Part shown: positions 54,420-63,227 of the stretch, one piece after another
How positions within the stretch are numbered: position 1 is the first letter of the stretch
Layout: each line of letters opens with the position of its first letter
Sequence record: OL631479.1
Strand: one strand, 5' to 3'
Source of the DNA: Escherichia phage ECML-10
Length of the DNA: 64,000 bases
Notes under the pieces: generated by a model
What the model saw: only the letters and a program-made list of their open reading frames with translations
What the model was told of the DNA's origin: nothing
The model's database searches: none
Program-made: the position numbers and the translations under genes

Positions 54420-54960
54420 AATTACCCTCCGTAACAATTTCCTATAAAACAGTATCCCATAAAATATTCCCATATAGAAATTTTAAAAATCCATTTCTGA
54501 AAACGAAAAATCGATTTCGTCCCCAAAAATTTCAGGTCGAGATCCGGAACGATTTCCAGAAAATCCGATTCAGAAAACGAAAAACAGATCGAGTACTGAG
54601 AAATTTATCGAGAAAAATTTTCAGAAAATCCAAGCCATGAAATGAAAAGTAGATCGAGTACTTGGAAAGCTGCACCGCAACTTCAAGATAGTGGTTAGAT
54701 TGTTACCATAGAAGGTTAAGGGCAAGTGGAGGAAGTTCTAGTAGAGGGAGGTTAGCATGTGTGGGAAATCTATAATGGTGGCCTGGAATATGGTGCAAAC
54801 GATAGGATGAGTTATTCAGCTTGTCGCGCCTACTCTGAAAAATCCATTTTAGTTTTCGATCCATTTTCTGATTTTCTAAGAATTTTAAAATATCCAGCCC
54901 GGTGAAATATCAAAAGGAGGAAATCCATTTTAGAAATCCCCCTTACACTTGATATGCCAG
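54420..54960. repeat. AT-rich iteron-dense noncoding region
   Basis: Repeated GAAAATCC, TTCAGAAAACGAAAAA, AGATCGAGTACT and AAATCCATTTTAG motifs; no credible ORF. Confidence 0.55.
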
Positions 54961-54973
54961 GAATTTTCAAGTA

Positions 54974-55303
54974 TCAGCTGTCTTTGTTTTTAGGTTTGTA
55001 CATGCGTAAAGGTATGGTCTTTGTAACATTCCATTTCCTCAATCCTTCCCAGCTCCAGTTGTGGGCGTGGTATCCGGTTATGCATGCACTACTGGAGTGA
55101 TCGTAAGCATAAGAGAACGCTAAGCGCACCAGGTGGGGCCAGTCCTTCCATGGTTGTGGACCGTAAGCTTTTCTCCAACACCGACACAAACTAAATGTCT
55201 CAAGGATAGGAAGGATAACAAACCCATACACTGTCACCAAAATAGTCAGTGCAATGATTGTCAGGAACACATACCCTGCAGTTGAAATGATGATCTCTGT
55301 CAT
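54974..55303 (-). CDS. membrane protein (N-terminal TM helices)
   Basis: SD AAAGGGGA before ATG 55303; ISTAGYVFLTIIALTILVTVYGFVILPIL. Confidence 0.55.
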   Translation of the reverse strand: MTEIIISTAGYVFLTIIALTILVTVYGFVILPILETFSLCRCWRKAYGPQPWKDWPHLVRLAFSYAYDHSSSACITGYHAHNWSWEGLRKWNVTKTIPLRMYKPKNKDS

Positions 55304-55497
55304 TTGTCGTCCCCTTTCTTACGGATATAAATGTGAGAACCTGCCTGTATATAAATTTCTCGACCATCTTCTGCGAAGATGTGGAATACACGGTCACCTT
55401 CGTACTCAATACGAGATATCTTCATAATGGTCTTTCCACCTGGGATACGGATCTCGTCCCCCACAGCGATGTTCCATGCAGATTTAAGCTTAAACAT
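55300..55497 (-). CDS. hypothetical protein
   Basis: Start moved to ATG 55497 (SD AAAGGAGGGTG). Confidence 0.5.
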   Translation of the reverse strand: MFKLKSAWNIAVGDEIRIPGGKTIMKISRIEYEGDRVFHIFAEDGREIYIQAGSHIYIRKKGDDK

Positions 55498-55735
55498 CTG
55501 CACCCTCCTTTGGGAACTTGAACTCTGGCATAGCCATATACGCTACAACAGGGTTGTGATCAAAGTAGAACTGACCGTTAATTATCCCGGTTTTACTCAC
55601 ATAGTTACCAGATCCTGCAAGAACAACCTCGCAAGCTCCGAAATCTACATTGCCATCCTCATCAGCCATGGCTACGATATACTTTCCTAGAGGCATGTTT
55701 TTAACGCCGTCTACAAATGTCCACCCTTTGTTCAT
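55490..55735 (-). CDS. hypothetical protein (81 aa)
   Basis: SD AGGAGA before ATG 55735. Confidence 0.55.
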   Translation of the reverse strand: MNKGWTFVDGVKNMPLGKYIVAMADEDGNVDFGACEVVLAGSGNYVSKTGIINGQFYFDHNPVVAYMAMPEFKFPKEGADV

Positions 55736-55755
55736 ACTTTATCTCCTGCACTTTC

Positions 55756-56088
55756 TTAAGGTAACCAGTAAACAATCTCGCCTTTCAGCTTCATGTCGTT
55801 TCCAACATAAATTTCCCAGCCATCCATCTTAGCAACTGTAGGCCCAAAGTCATCCGCACCCCTTACCTCTTTCCAGGCTCCGTAGTCAGGTTGCCAGATA
55901 TAGAATCCACCTTCTTTGTCCCATGCTCCGTACACTACGTTTAACAGGTTTCCCATTGCAACAATGGTGGGCCGTGGGAATAATACATCTACAGATGCGC
56001 CACAATTTCGGGTATCTTTTAAGTTGCAATCCCAAAAGATGTCTGCCAGTGTGGCGGCGATAGCTTTACGTCTTTCTAATGTTACCAT
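55756..56088 (-). CDS. hypothetical protein (110 aa)
   Basis: ORF track; weak SD. Confidence 0.5.
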   Translation of the reverse strand: MVTLERRKAIAATLADIFWDCNLKDTRNCGASVDVLFPRPTIVAMGNLLNVVYGAWDKEGGFYIWQPDYGAWKEVRGADDFGPTVAKMDGWEIYVGNDMKLKGEIVYWLP

Positions 56089-56097
56089 GTATCATAC

Positions 56098-56289
56098 TCA
56101 CTTGTTGTTAATAAGTTCTAAAACTTTCTGTCTTACTTTGTCAAGGTCTGTTGATTCAAAAACTGTGCGATATCCCCAACTTTGCCCATAGGAGTGACTG
56201 CAATCTCCGTAGCACCATTGCTCAATTTGATAGTATTCAAGGAAGGGGTGCTGTCTAACTATGATGCCATCCCGGTTAAAAATTACCAT
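56098..56289 (-). CDS. hypothetical protein (63 aa)
   Basis: ORF track. Confidence 0.45.
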   Translation of the reverse strand: MVIFNRDGIIVRQHPFLEYYQIEQWCYGDCSHSYGQSWGYRTVFESTDLDKVRQKVLELINNK

Positions 56290-56352
56290 AATACGTCGCT
56301 CTCTGTTAGTCTGTGCGTATATTATACACTGTAGTTTTCAGATGTCAATCTT

Positions 56353-56547
56353 TTACAGGTTACTCCAGTATGCTCGGCATTTACATTTCGGGCAATGAGG
56401 CTCTTTTATGTAATAACCATCAGTCTTTGGAACACTTTTTGGTGCAGTTTTAAGATTGTACCGAGTAAAACACCGGAAGCAGGTTACCTCTCCAACCTGT
56501 TGATCGTTTATCCACTCGCCAGAGTAAAGCTCTCTCTTGTTTCTCAT
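56353..56547 (-). CDS. small zinc-ribbon protein
   Basis: Start moved to ATG 56547; CFRCF...CPKCKC Cys cluster. Confidence 0.45.
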   Translation of the reverse strand: MRNKRELYSGEWINDQQVGEVTCFRCFTRYNLKTAPKSVPKTDGYYIKEPHCPKCKCRAYWSNL

Positions 56548-56576
56548 AATTCTCTCCCAAATCCTCTGCAATCTTA

Positions 56577-56744
56577 TACCAAAATCTCCAGCCAGAAAGC
56601 ACACGGGAACACTTTGATGATTGAATCTTTACCTGGTTCAGCAGTTCTTTTTCCGTAGGGTAGGTAGAAATACCCTCCTGCAGATTCGAACACAGCCCCT
56701 TCGGTTGTATCTATCACAGCCAGAATTAAGATTTTAGTCTCCAT
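56577..56744 (-). CDS. 55-aa hypothetical protein
   Basis: SD GAGAGGGAG before ATG 56744; below track cutoff. Confidence 0.35.
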
Positions 56745-56797
56745 AGTGCTCCCTCTCTCAATCGTTGTGGTGACTATACCATCTCAAAAACCAGCTG

Positions 56798-57256
56798 TCA
56801 ACACTTTTTGTACTCCACCACGATAATATTCATATCAAAAGTGGCAAGGTTAATAACGTCCTCTACGTGCTCCCACTTCAAACCGCCTATGCCGCACCCG
56901 ATCTTAGGGATGTAGAATGGTAAAGTCGATCCACTGAATACCTCATTGACTAGCTCAAAGCCTTTCAGGATTGAGAAATATTCAGCATTAGGCCCTGGGT
57001 AGAACTGAGTATACAGATTGATTCCGTAGACAATACCTCTCGGAGATAAGTGCTCCCATCGGGAGAACGCACCCAGTTTACTTAGGCAACCATATCTAGT
57101 CTCTTTGTCAGCTGCCAATGCTTGAGGGAACTCACGGGAAATCTGTTTTGCTATCCCCTTGCCCATTGTGTGGAAGCAGTTACAACCGTGGATCAGGTGA
57201 CCAGCACCGCTCTTAAAAAGGGAGATTAAATCTCCCTCTACAGTATCAATAATCAC
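56798..57256 (-). CDS. macro-domain protein (ADP-ribose binding/processing)
   Basis: EGDL, HLIHGCNCFHTMGKGIAKQI and PKIGCGIGGL match macro-domain motifs; start set to GTG 57256 (SD AGAGGAG). Confidence 0.6.
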   Translation of the reverse strand: MIIDTVEGDLISLFKSGAGHLIHGCNCFHTMGKGIAKQISREFPQALAADKETRYGCLSKLGAFSRWEHLSPRGIVYGINLYTQFYPGPNAEYFSILKGFELVNEVFSGSTLPFYIPKIGCGIGGLKWEHVEDVINLATFDMNIIVVEYKKC

Positions 57257-57671
57257 GGTATGCCAGCTCCTCTTCCGCAATTTCAAAAAACTCAGTCCAG
57301 CACTGTGGCATATTGGAGTTACCGAAGTGGCTTTCATAGTAAAGGTTCTCACCACTTGGAAGATAGAAATCTGTTACCTCATAGAATCCACAATCGTCGC
57401 ACTCGCCTTCTTCAAACTTAGCCTCAACCTTAATACCGAGGAAGGTGAAAAGTTTATGGATATCTTCAGTTTCGAACTCCCAGTGAATGTTGTTTTCCGC
57501 ATCGGTGTAGAACTGGATCAGCAGACCATTGTCCAGTTTACCAAAATACTCTGTGAAGTAACTTCCTTCCCAGAAATCTTTATGACAAATAATATCCATG
57601 CGTTTGCCCATAATAATGGTGTGAGCGTTTTGGGCATCGTCACGAATCAGTTTTGGCATTTCATAGATCAT
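57246..57671 (-). CDS. hypothetical protein (141 aa)
   Basis: SD GGAGAA before ATG 57671. Confidence 0.55.
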   Translation of the reverse strand: MIYEMPKLIRDDAQNAHTIIMGKRMDIICHKDFWEGSYFTEYFGKLDNGLLIQFYTDAENNIHWEFETEDIHKLFTFLGIKVEAKFEEGECDDCGFYEVTDFYLPSGENLYYESHFGNSNMPQCWTEFFEIAEEELAYRDY

Positions 57672-57739
57672 CTTAGTTCTCCGGGTTCAACAGGTGGTGG
57701 TGCTACAGGAAGATCATAAAACATGGCTATCACAGTCTC

Positions 57740-57937
57740 TTACACAGGAATTGCTTCAAATAGACCGTTATCTATACCGTCCTTCAGATAGAGATTATAT
57801 TCTATGTCGGTATCTGTATAAAGGGCAGCATCCAGCATTCTATCCGTGAGTCCATCCATCGGGTGGAGAAACCACCACCCACGCCAGTCAAAGTAACAGC
57901 CTGGTGCATCTTCTCTTACACGGATTCGATAAATCAT
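57740..57937 (-). CDS. hypothetical protein (65 aa)
   Basis: SD AGGAGG before ATG 57937. Confidence 0.55.
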   Translation of the reverse strand: MIYRIRVREDAPGCYFDWRGWWFLHPMDGLTDRMLDAALYTDTDIEYNLYLKDGIDNGLFEAIPV

Positions 57938-58033
57938 GGGCAGTGGCCTCCTGTTAGCTATACATCCCAGTTTTCTTCGTTCATCACGTCCTCCCGTTCT
58001 ATGAAGTTATAATTGCACACCTTTCAACCTGTG

Positions 58034-58450
58034 TCAACAGAAAACTTCAACAAATTCTTCCACAGTTTTAATGTCGTGGGAAAAAGGTTTACGGCTATAG
58101 CGGGCAATAGCACTATCAACCACCGCCCGGTACTCCAAATCTTCAGAATATTTCATGAAGCATTGCAGCGTCTCTGGGCAGATAGCTAAATAGCTCCACC
58201 ACCCCTCTTCAGATTGGTAGTCGAATCCCATACTCTCCAACCATGAAGCATATACTCCTGCACCCTCTAGCCAGTGGGTATTTTCATCAAGAAATTTATT
58301 CACCGACATGTGTGCTTCCAGGCACTCGTCAAGCTCTTTTCCGTTAACCAGCCATGCACTGACTGTGGCGCATCCGAGGTCTACAGATTGAGTTGGCAGG
58401 TTGTATTGGTCATAGTTCTCAGGTTTAACAATGATATCTTCTAATGTCAT
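58034..58450 (-). CDS. hypothetical protein (138 aa)
   Basis: SD AAGGAGA before ATG 58450. Confidence 0.55.
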   Translation of the reverse strand: MTLEDIIVKPENYDQYNLPTQSVDLGCATVSAWLVNGKELDECLEAHMSVNKFLDENTHWLEGAGVYASWLESMGFDYQSEEGWWSYLAICPETLQCFMKYSEDLEYRAVVDSAIARYSRKPFSHDIKTVEEFVEVFC

Positions 58451-58512
58451 TTTTCAGATCTCCTTATACAAAAATGCCCCACCCTTTCGGGCAGGGCTAT
58501 GTTAGTTAGGTG

Positions 58513-59136
58513 CTAAAAGTATTCATAGAGGTATCCATCTGGGGCTGGAATTTTTTCATGAATGTAGTAATCAACACATATTCCGGTTTCTCTTCTGCAA
58601 GAATTGTGGGATACCCATTCTTTGAGAACGTTGCCATTCATGTCCAGCCTCCTTACATTTTTACACCGTCTACCGCTGGTGCTTCTATGCAACAGAATAT
58701 CCTCTGTCTGCTTGTCTTTATTTTCTCCCCAAGTCGTTAAACGGATATTATCAAAAGAGTACCCTTTGAAATCATCTATCCTGTCACAAGAAGGCTTTTT
58801 CCTTTTGTCGTATCCGCTGGCTACCCACTGGTCATACAACTCTTTGTAACCGTTTAGGTATAGCCACTCCTTAAACTCTTTTTTGGTGTAAGTCGGAGGT
58901 GGGTGACCTCTCTTCTTACTGTTGCACTTTTGAGTCTTGTACAACACGCGGATCACACCTTTTTCTGAAGAGTCGTGGGAAAATTGGTCAGCCTCCCTGC
59001 TGGCCTTCTTGCAACACTCTTTGCACTTATTAAGATGACCGTCAGACATCTTTGGGTGTTTGTAGAACTCGGAGAGGTTTTTCACCTCTCCGCACTTGAT
59101 GCACCTCTTACAATGCGTGGATTCTACTTTTGCCAT
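58513..59136 (-). CDS. putative HNH-type homing endonuclease with N-terminal Cys-rich finger
   Basis: [10 protein letters not shown]...CKECC finger; [23 protein letters not shown] resembles HNH_3; C-terminal [20 protein letters not shown] resembles endonuclease DNA-binding modules; start approximate. Confidence 0.5.
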   Translation of the reverse strand: MAKVESTHCKRCIKCGEVKNLSEFYKHPKMSDGHLNKCKECCKKASREADQFSHDSSEKGVIRVLYKTQKCNSKKRGHPPPTYTKKEFKEWLYLNGYKELYDQWVASGYDKRKKPSCDRIDDFKGYSFDNIRLTTWGENKDKQTEDILLHRSTSGRRCKNVRRLDMNGNVLKEWVSHNSCRRETGICVDYYIHEKIPAPDGYLYEYF

Positions 59137-60379
59137 ATTGCAAACCCACCGGAGCGAAAGGTATGTCATCACAGAAGTCGTACTGTGCTGGATTCTGATC
59201 CATCGGGTCATCTTCCTCATCATTTACAGGAGGGGCGTCTACAGTGTTTTGCTGTGGAGCTGCTTCCTGTTTGGCAGCCTGAGGTTCTTGATGGTCAGTT
59301 GACCCAGCACCGTTCTTGATCCAATCGTACAACGGCTCAGCCAGATTAGTCAAGACATCTTTTGCTTCTACAGTAATTGCCGCTGCAAAATCATCAACTT
59401 TCGTTTTCTTGTCAATACGGCGACAAGCGTTCAACACTGCATTACCGACACTGGCACCTACTTCATCTTCAGTTCGGTTGGTGGCTTGAGCATACTCTTT
59501 CTTAAGCTCAATGGTGACTACGTGCAGTGTTTTAGCCACGCCCAGTGGGTCGTCTACCTTAAACCCGCGATCCAGGATGATCTGCAACGCATTGATGCTA
59601 TGCCCCGTTTCCACACCGATAGGGTCGTAAGAGGATTTACGCTTGCCACCGGAGCCTTGAGTGCCGTTCTCTGCCTTAGGAGGATAGGCCTTGAAACCAC
59701 TGATAATGTTTCCAGTGTCTTTGTCAACAATGGCTGCAACACGACCACCTACCACCAGGTCTTTAAGCTGCTCATCAGTGACAACCATAGCACCTTCGCC
59801 AATCTTGTGGTCATTAACAGTAACCACGTTGCCAACAATCTGAGTCACATCACCATAGATGCGTAAAACGTCCTGATTGGCATTCTGCTGAGGTTTCTGC
59901 TTCTGGCCTTGTGATTGTGCACCTTGTTGCTGTTTTTGCTGCTGAGTCGCTGCTGGAGCCTCTCCTGCACCCAGCTTGACCATCTTAGCCAGTGAGCCTT
60001 TGTAATAGGTCTTACCGTTATGCTCGTTTGCCTTCAAAGGGATATTTACGATCCATCCTGGCGTTACGGTTTCCCACTTGTCATCAATCTTAACAGAGAC
60101 AGAGTCTTGATGCCCCGGTTTAAGCAGCTTATCACCCATGCTGATCCAGACTTCTTCACCGCCTTGAAGCAGGTTATCAGAGGAATCCAGTTCAGAAATC
60201 AGTAAAGAGATAGTGTGGCTGGATTCAATTTTCTTACCTTGCCACACGGTGGTTTTAATACCTGTTGCAGGATCAGCCCCTTTAATAGGTTTAATGCTAA
60301 CACGCTTGATCATGCCGTGAGCCAGTAAAACAGTTTCACGCGGATTCATCGGGTTAGCGAATTGTTGAATAACGCTCAT
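59108..60379 (-). CDS. hypothetical protein with Gln-rich linker and acidic tail containing DDIPF
   Basis: 423 aa; [20 protein letters not shown] low-complexity linker; C-terminal DFCDDIPF resembles SSB tail motif; ATG overlaps upstream stop. Confidence 0.55.
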   Translation of the reverse strand: MSVIQQFANPMNPRETVLLAHGMIKRVSIKPIKGADPATGIKTTVWQGKKIESSHTISLLISELDSSDNLLQGGEEVWISMGDKLLKPGHQDSVSVKIDDKWETVTPGWIVNIPLKANEHNGKTYYKGSLAKMVKLGAGEAPAATQQQKQQQGAQSQGQKQKPQQNANQDVLRIYGDVTQIVGNVVTVNDHKIGEGAMVVTDEQLKDLVVGGRVAAIVDKDTGNIISGFKAYPPKAENGTQGSGGKRKSSYDPIGVETGHSINALQIILDRGFKVDDPLGVAKTLHVVTIELKKEYAQATNRTEDEVGASVGNAVLNACRRIDKKTKVDDFAAAITVEAKDVLTNLAEPLYDWIKNGAGSTDHQEPQAAKQEAAPQQNTVDAPPVNDEEDDPMDQNPAQYDFCDDIPFAPVGLQYGKSRIHAL

Positions 60380-60744
60380 TATTTGTCTCCTTGTTCTTCG
60401 TTAGTGTTTGCCGTGTGTGCAAACCCTGCTTGAATTAATTTGTCCTGAACTTGAGCCAACAGGCCCATTGCAAAACTTGTGGTCCCAGAGAGGGCCATCA
60501 ACATATCTCGTTGTTGAGCTACCCAACCTAAGGCATAGTCCAAACGACGATATTTTTCTTCTTCACGCAGAGCCTGAAATAATTGTTCAGCCTCCGGTTG
60601 TTGTGTGAGCTCCTGAAGTCTTCCCATGAAAGAAGAAAGCACTAGCAAAAGAGACACTTGATCTTTACTTAACCCTAAGAAAAATTCTTGAGGTTGTTCT
60701 TGCTCGTTCATCGCAACCGACTCTTGATCGTTCATTTGTTCCAT
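60379..60744 (-). CDS. hypothetical protein (121 aa)
   Basis: SD GGAGAT before ATG 60744. Confidence 0.55.
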   Translation of the reverse strand: MEQMNDQESVAMNEQEQPQEFFLGLSKDQVSLLLVLSSFMGRLQELTQQPEAEQLFQALREEEKYRRLDYALGWVAQQRDMLMALSGTTSFAMGLLAQVQDKLIQAGFAHTANTNEEQGDK

Positions 60745-60827
60745 TATGGAATCTCCGATTTTATTTGAACAACATAGAAGGAGACACTATTTTAGCATCC
60801 CCTTCTGTAAATTACAATAGGTATTTG

Positions 60828-61073
60828 TTAGCCAATCACTTCGAAAGTTCCCCAATTCCCGTCCAGCAGGCAGGTGATCGGATCCCCATCGTCGTCAAAG
60901 ATTTCAAAGTTTTCAGCATCCAGGATGTGGCCCTCGAACACAATACTTTCGTCGCCACCACCAGAGATAACAGCGTATTCCTTACCTTGTGTCAAGTTTT
61001 GACACCCTTTGCCACCAAAACCTACTTCAACACAACGTACTTTCTGTCCTGCGCGAGCAACTACTTCAGCCAT
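60828..61073 (-). CDS. hypothetical protein (81 aa)
   Basis: SD AGGAGA before ATG 61073. Confidence 0.55.
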   Translation of the reverse strand: MAEVVARAGQKVRCVEVGFGGKGCQNLTQGKEYAVISGGGDESIVFEGHILDAENFEIFDDDGDPITCLLDGNWGTFEVIG

Positions 61074-61090
61074 CTTAAGGTCTCCTGATA

Positions 61091-61393
61091 TTAATCGTCA
61101 AGTTCAAAATAGATTTTAACAGCTTCATCAAAGATTGGAATCCCGATGTTGTTGATAAGCTGCCAAACTACCATATCTTTACCGGGGTCTGGGAGAATGT
61201 CAACCTTTCTCCATGCGCTGTATATCCAGTTCGGACCACCTTCTGCACTAACTGGCAGATTTTCACCAGCCTCCTGCAGATACTTATACAGCAAAAGATA
61301 TTCTGGATACTCTAGAACACTGTCCTCTGTAGTGTATAGCAGTTCACGGTATACTTTTAAGAACCCTGCGGGGGTGATGTTTTCAGTCTTCAT
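61091..61393 (-). CDS. hypothetical protein
   Basis: Start moved to ATG 61393 (SD AGGAGAGG). Confidence 0.5.
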   Translation of the reverse strand: MKTENITPAGFLKVYRELLYTTEDSVLEYPEYLLLYKYLQEAGENLPVSAEGGPNWIYSAWRKVDILPDPGKDMVVWQLINNIGIPIFDEAVKIYFELDD

Positions 61394-61772
61394 TTGCTGC
61401 CTCTCCTGCATTCATCAGATCTGCCATAGCGTCACCAACGAAGAGAACAACCACATCGTTGACAGCGTCAGTATCATCTTTGTTGACGTTGCTGAATTTA
61501 GGACACACAGCAATGATCATATAGACACCGTTACCCACCTGAACTGTCCGTGTGGTGCACATCATGGCGGTATTTGTGCCTTCTTTGAAGGCGAAGCCTT
61601 GAAGACGCTCCTCTAAAGTGTTACCGGTAGATTTCAGAAGCGCCAGCTCGTCCAAGGCATAGATGATATCTCCGGAAGTTAGTGTTGCCTTGCCATCAGA
61701 CACCATAATCACTCCATCAGCACCGTCAAGCTTAGAGGCTTCAAAGATATCAATATCCCAAATATTTTTCAT
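61383..61772 (-). CDS. hypothetical protein
   Basis: Start moved to ATG 61772 (SD GAGGAAG); ATGA overlap with upstream stop. Confidence 0.5.
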   Translation of the reverse strand: MKNIWDIDIFEASKLDGADGVIMVSDGKATLTSGDIIYALDELALLKSTGNTLEERLQGFAFKEGTNTAMMCTTRTVQVGNGVYMIIAVCPKFSNVNKDDTDAVNDVVVLFVGDAMADLMNAGEAANED

Positions 61773-62032
61773 CACGCTTCCTCGTCGTCTAAGGAGTTGA
61801 AGATTTCACCGAAGTATTCTAAGACTTCTAGCTCCCGTGTGGTGCAGAAAACACAGTCACCGTTGTCATCCTCGATAACGGCCTCTTTACCCAGCACATC
61901 TACTTCAAGTTTATCGTTCAACAGGACAGCCCCTGTGTAAACTTTGTCGGCTGTGCAGTCCCGAAAAGCAGAGTCCTTCTCCAGATAGTCTGGCTTAACC
62001 TTGGCTTTAATTCGTTGATATTGTTTGGTCAT
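61772..62032 (-). CDS. small Cys-containing protein, paralog of 62096..62350
   Basis: Start moved to ATG 62032 (SD AAAGGGGA); AFRDCT...DDNGDCVFCTTRELEV matches AFKDCT...DDEGDSVWCTVNEVVFV. Confidence 0.5.
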   Translation of the reverse strand: MTKQYQRIKAKVKPDYLEKDSAFRDCTADKVYTGAVLLNDKLEVDVLGKEAVIEDDNGDCVFCTTRELEVLEYFGEIFNSLDDEEA

Positions 62033-62095
62033 TACTGTGGTCCCCTTTCGTTTGGATAGGGCCATTATAATAGGTCCTATCACTGTTGTCAAGTA

Positions 62096-62350
62096 TTAAT
62101 GTTCAGGTTTTACAAAAACTACCTCGTTAACAGTGCACCAGACAGAGTCCCCTTCATCATCTTTAAAGGTAAGGCACTGTGCTGAGTTTTCCAGCTCATC
62201 AATCTCTTCTTGTGATAAAGGAGCCCCTTCTTCCAGAAGGGCTTTTACCAAAGGGTTCTCACAAAACTCTGCTTCATAAATTGCACCGACTGTGCAATCT
62301 TTAAAAGCTCGGTCATTTGCAACGCATTCTGGCTTCAAAGTAATTTTCAT
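62096..62350 (-). CDS. small Cys-containing protein, paralog of 61772..62032
   Basis: SD GAGGAGA before ATG 62350. Confidence 0.55.
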   Translation of the reverse strand: MKITLKPECVANDRAFKDCTVGAIYEAEFCENPLVKALLEEGAPLSQEEIDELENSAQCLTFKDDEGDSVWCTVNEVVFVKPEH

Positions 62351-62426
62351 CTTGGCAGTCTCCTCAGTTATTTAAAAATCAACGCTCTGTTTGTGTGAAG
62401 CATCTTATATCTAATCTTACTTCTTG

Positions 62427-62798
62427 TCAATGGCTATTTTCAATCAGCCACGCAGGGTCGAGGTAAATTTGTTGGCGTGTTGCCCAATGACAAACTTCAT
62501 TGTACATCTGAATCTCTTTGTCTGTCAATTCACGAATAGGCTCATCTATACCCTCATTTTTGTGGTAATCCCAGTCGGCATCGATTTCCCACAGCCATGA
62601 CTTGTTGTCACCACGCTTACGCACACAAAAGTCACCCGGACGGCCTGCCAATGCATTTAAGAACTCGTTCTCCGCTCGCTCTTGGAGAATACTAAGGAGC
62701 AAAACGTTAGAACATGACCGTAGAATATGCTTCAGCTCACAATCATCAATCTCAACTTCAATACGTTGTTTGACTGTGTGGGTACCTTTTACTAACAT
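62427..62798 (-). CDS. hypothetical protein
   Basis: Start moved to ATG 62798 (SD GAGGAGG). Confidence 0.5.
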   Translation of the reverse strand: MLVKGTHTVKQRIEVEIDDCELKHILRSCSNVLLLSILQERAENEFLNALAGRPGDFCVRKRGDNKSWLWEIDADWDYHKNEGIDEPIRELTDKEIQMYNEVCHWATRQQIYLDPAWLIENSH

Positions 62799-62808
62799 CC
62801 TACCTCCT

Positions 62809-63003
62809 CTAAACGAACTCTGCAAGGGTTGTGTTGTTCACTGCACCGCAGTAAATGGAGTATCCCAGCCCATTAGAGTGCAGAAACCACGGCGTTCCGA
62901 AATTATCTTTCACGTAGACATCGCCGTTGCTTGTAAAGGGCCAATATTCTTCGCCAAGGGTAAAATACCTACTCATACCTTCAGCAAGATACTTTACTTT
63001 CAT
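62809..63003 (-). CDS. small protein, member of a three-gene paralog run
   Basis: SD GAAGAGGA; GTPWFLHSNGLGYSIY motif shared with neighbours. Confidence 0.5.
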   Translation of the reverse strand: MKVKYLAEGMSRYFTLGEEYWPFTSNGDVYVKDNFGTPWFLHSNGLGYSIYCGAVNNTTLAEFV

Positions 63004-63227
63004 AGGTCCTCTTCTACAGCTACAAACTTGGCAAGCAGGGTGGTTCCGTAGATATGATACTCACCGTTTGCCAGATGGGAGATAAACCAGGCAATCCCTT
63101 CCTCGTCTTTAATCATCTTGTTTGCACGATTTTTATCGTAATAAACCTCGTAGGTCTTTCCTTCTTTAAAGAATGACAGGTCTGTCATCTTTTCTTCTAC
63201 AAAAGTAGCTTTAACCAAAGTTGTCAT
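63000..63227 (-). CDS. small protein, member of a three-gene paralog run
   Basis: SD AAGGAGA; GIAWFISHLANGEYHIY. Confidence 0.5.
   Translation of the reverse strand: MTTLVKATFVEEKMTDLSFFKEGKTYEVYYDKNRANKMIKDEEGIAWFISHLANGEYHIYGTTLLAKFVAVEEDL

Noticed and set aside
56650-56740. Possible tRNA (plus-strand GATTCGAAC, matching a T-loop on the minus strand)
   Set aside because: Flanking sequence could not be folded into acceptor/T stems by eye; the region is better explained by a 55-aa ORF with a strong SD. No other T-loop-like motifs were found in the ORF-poor regions
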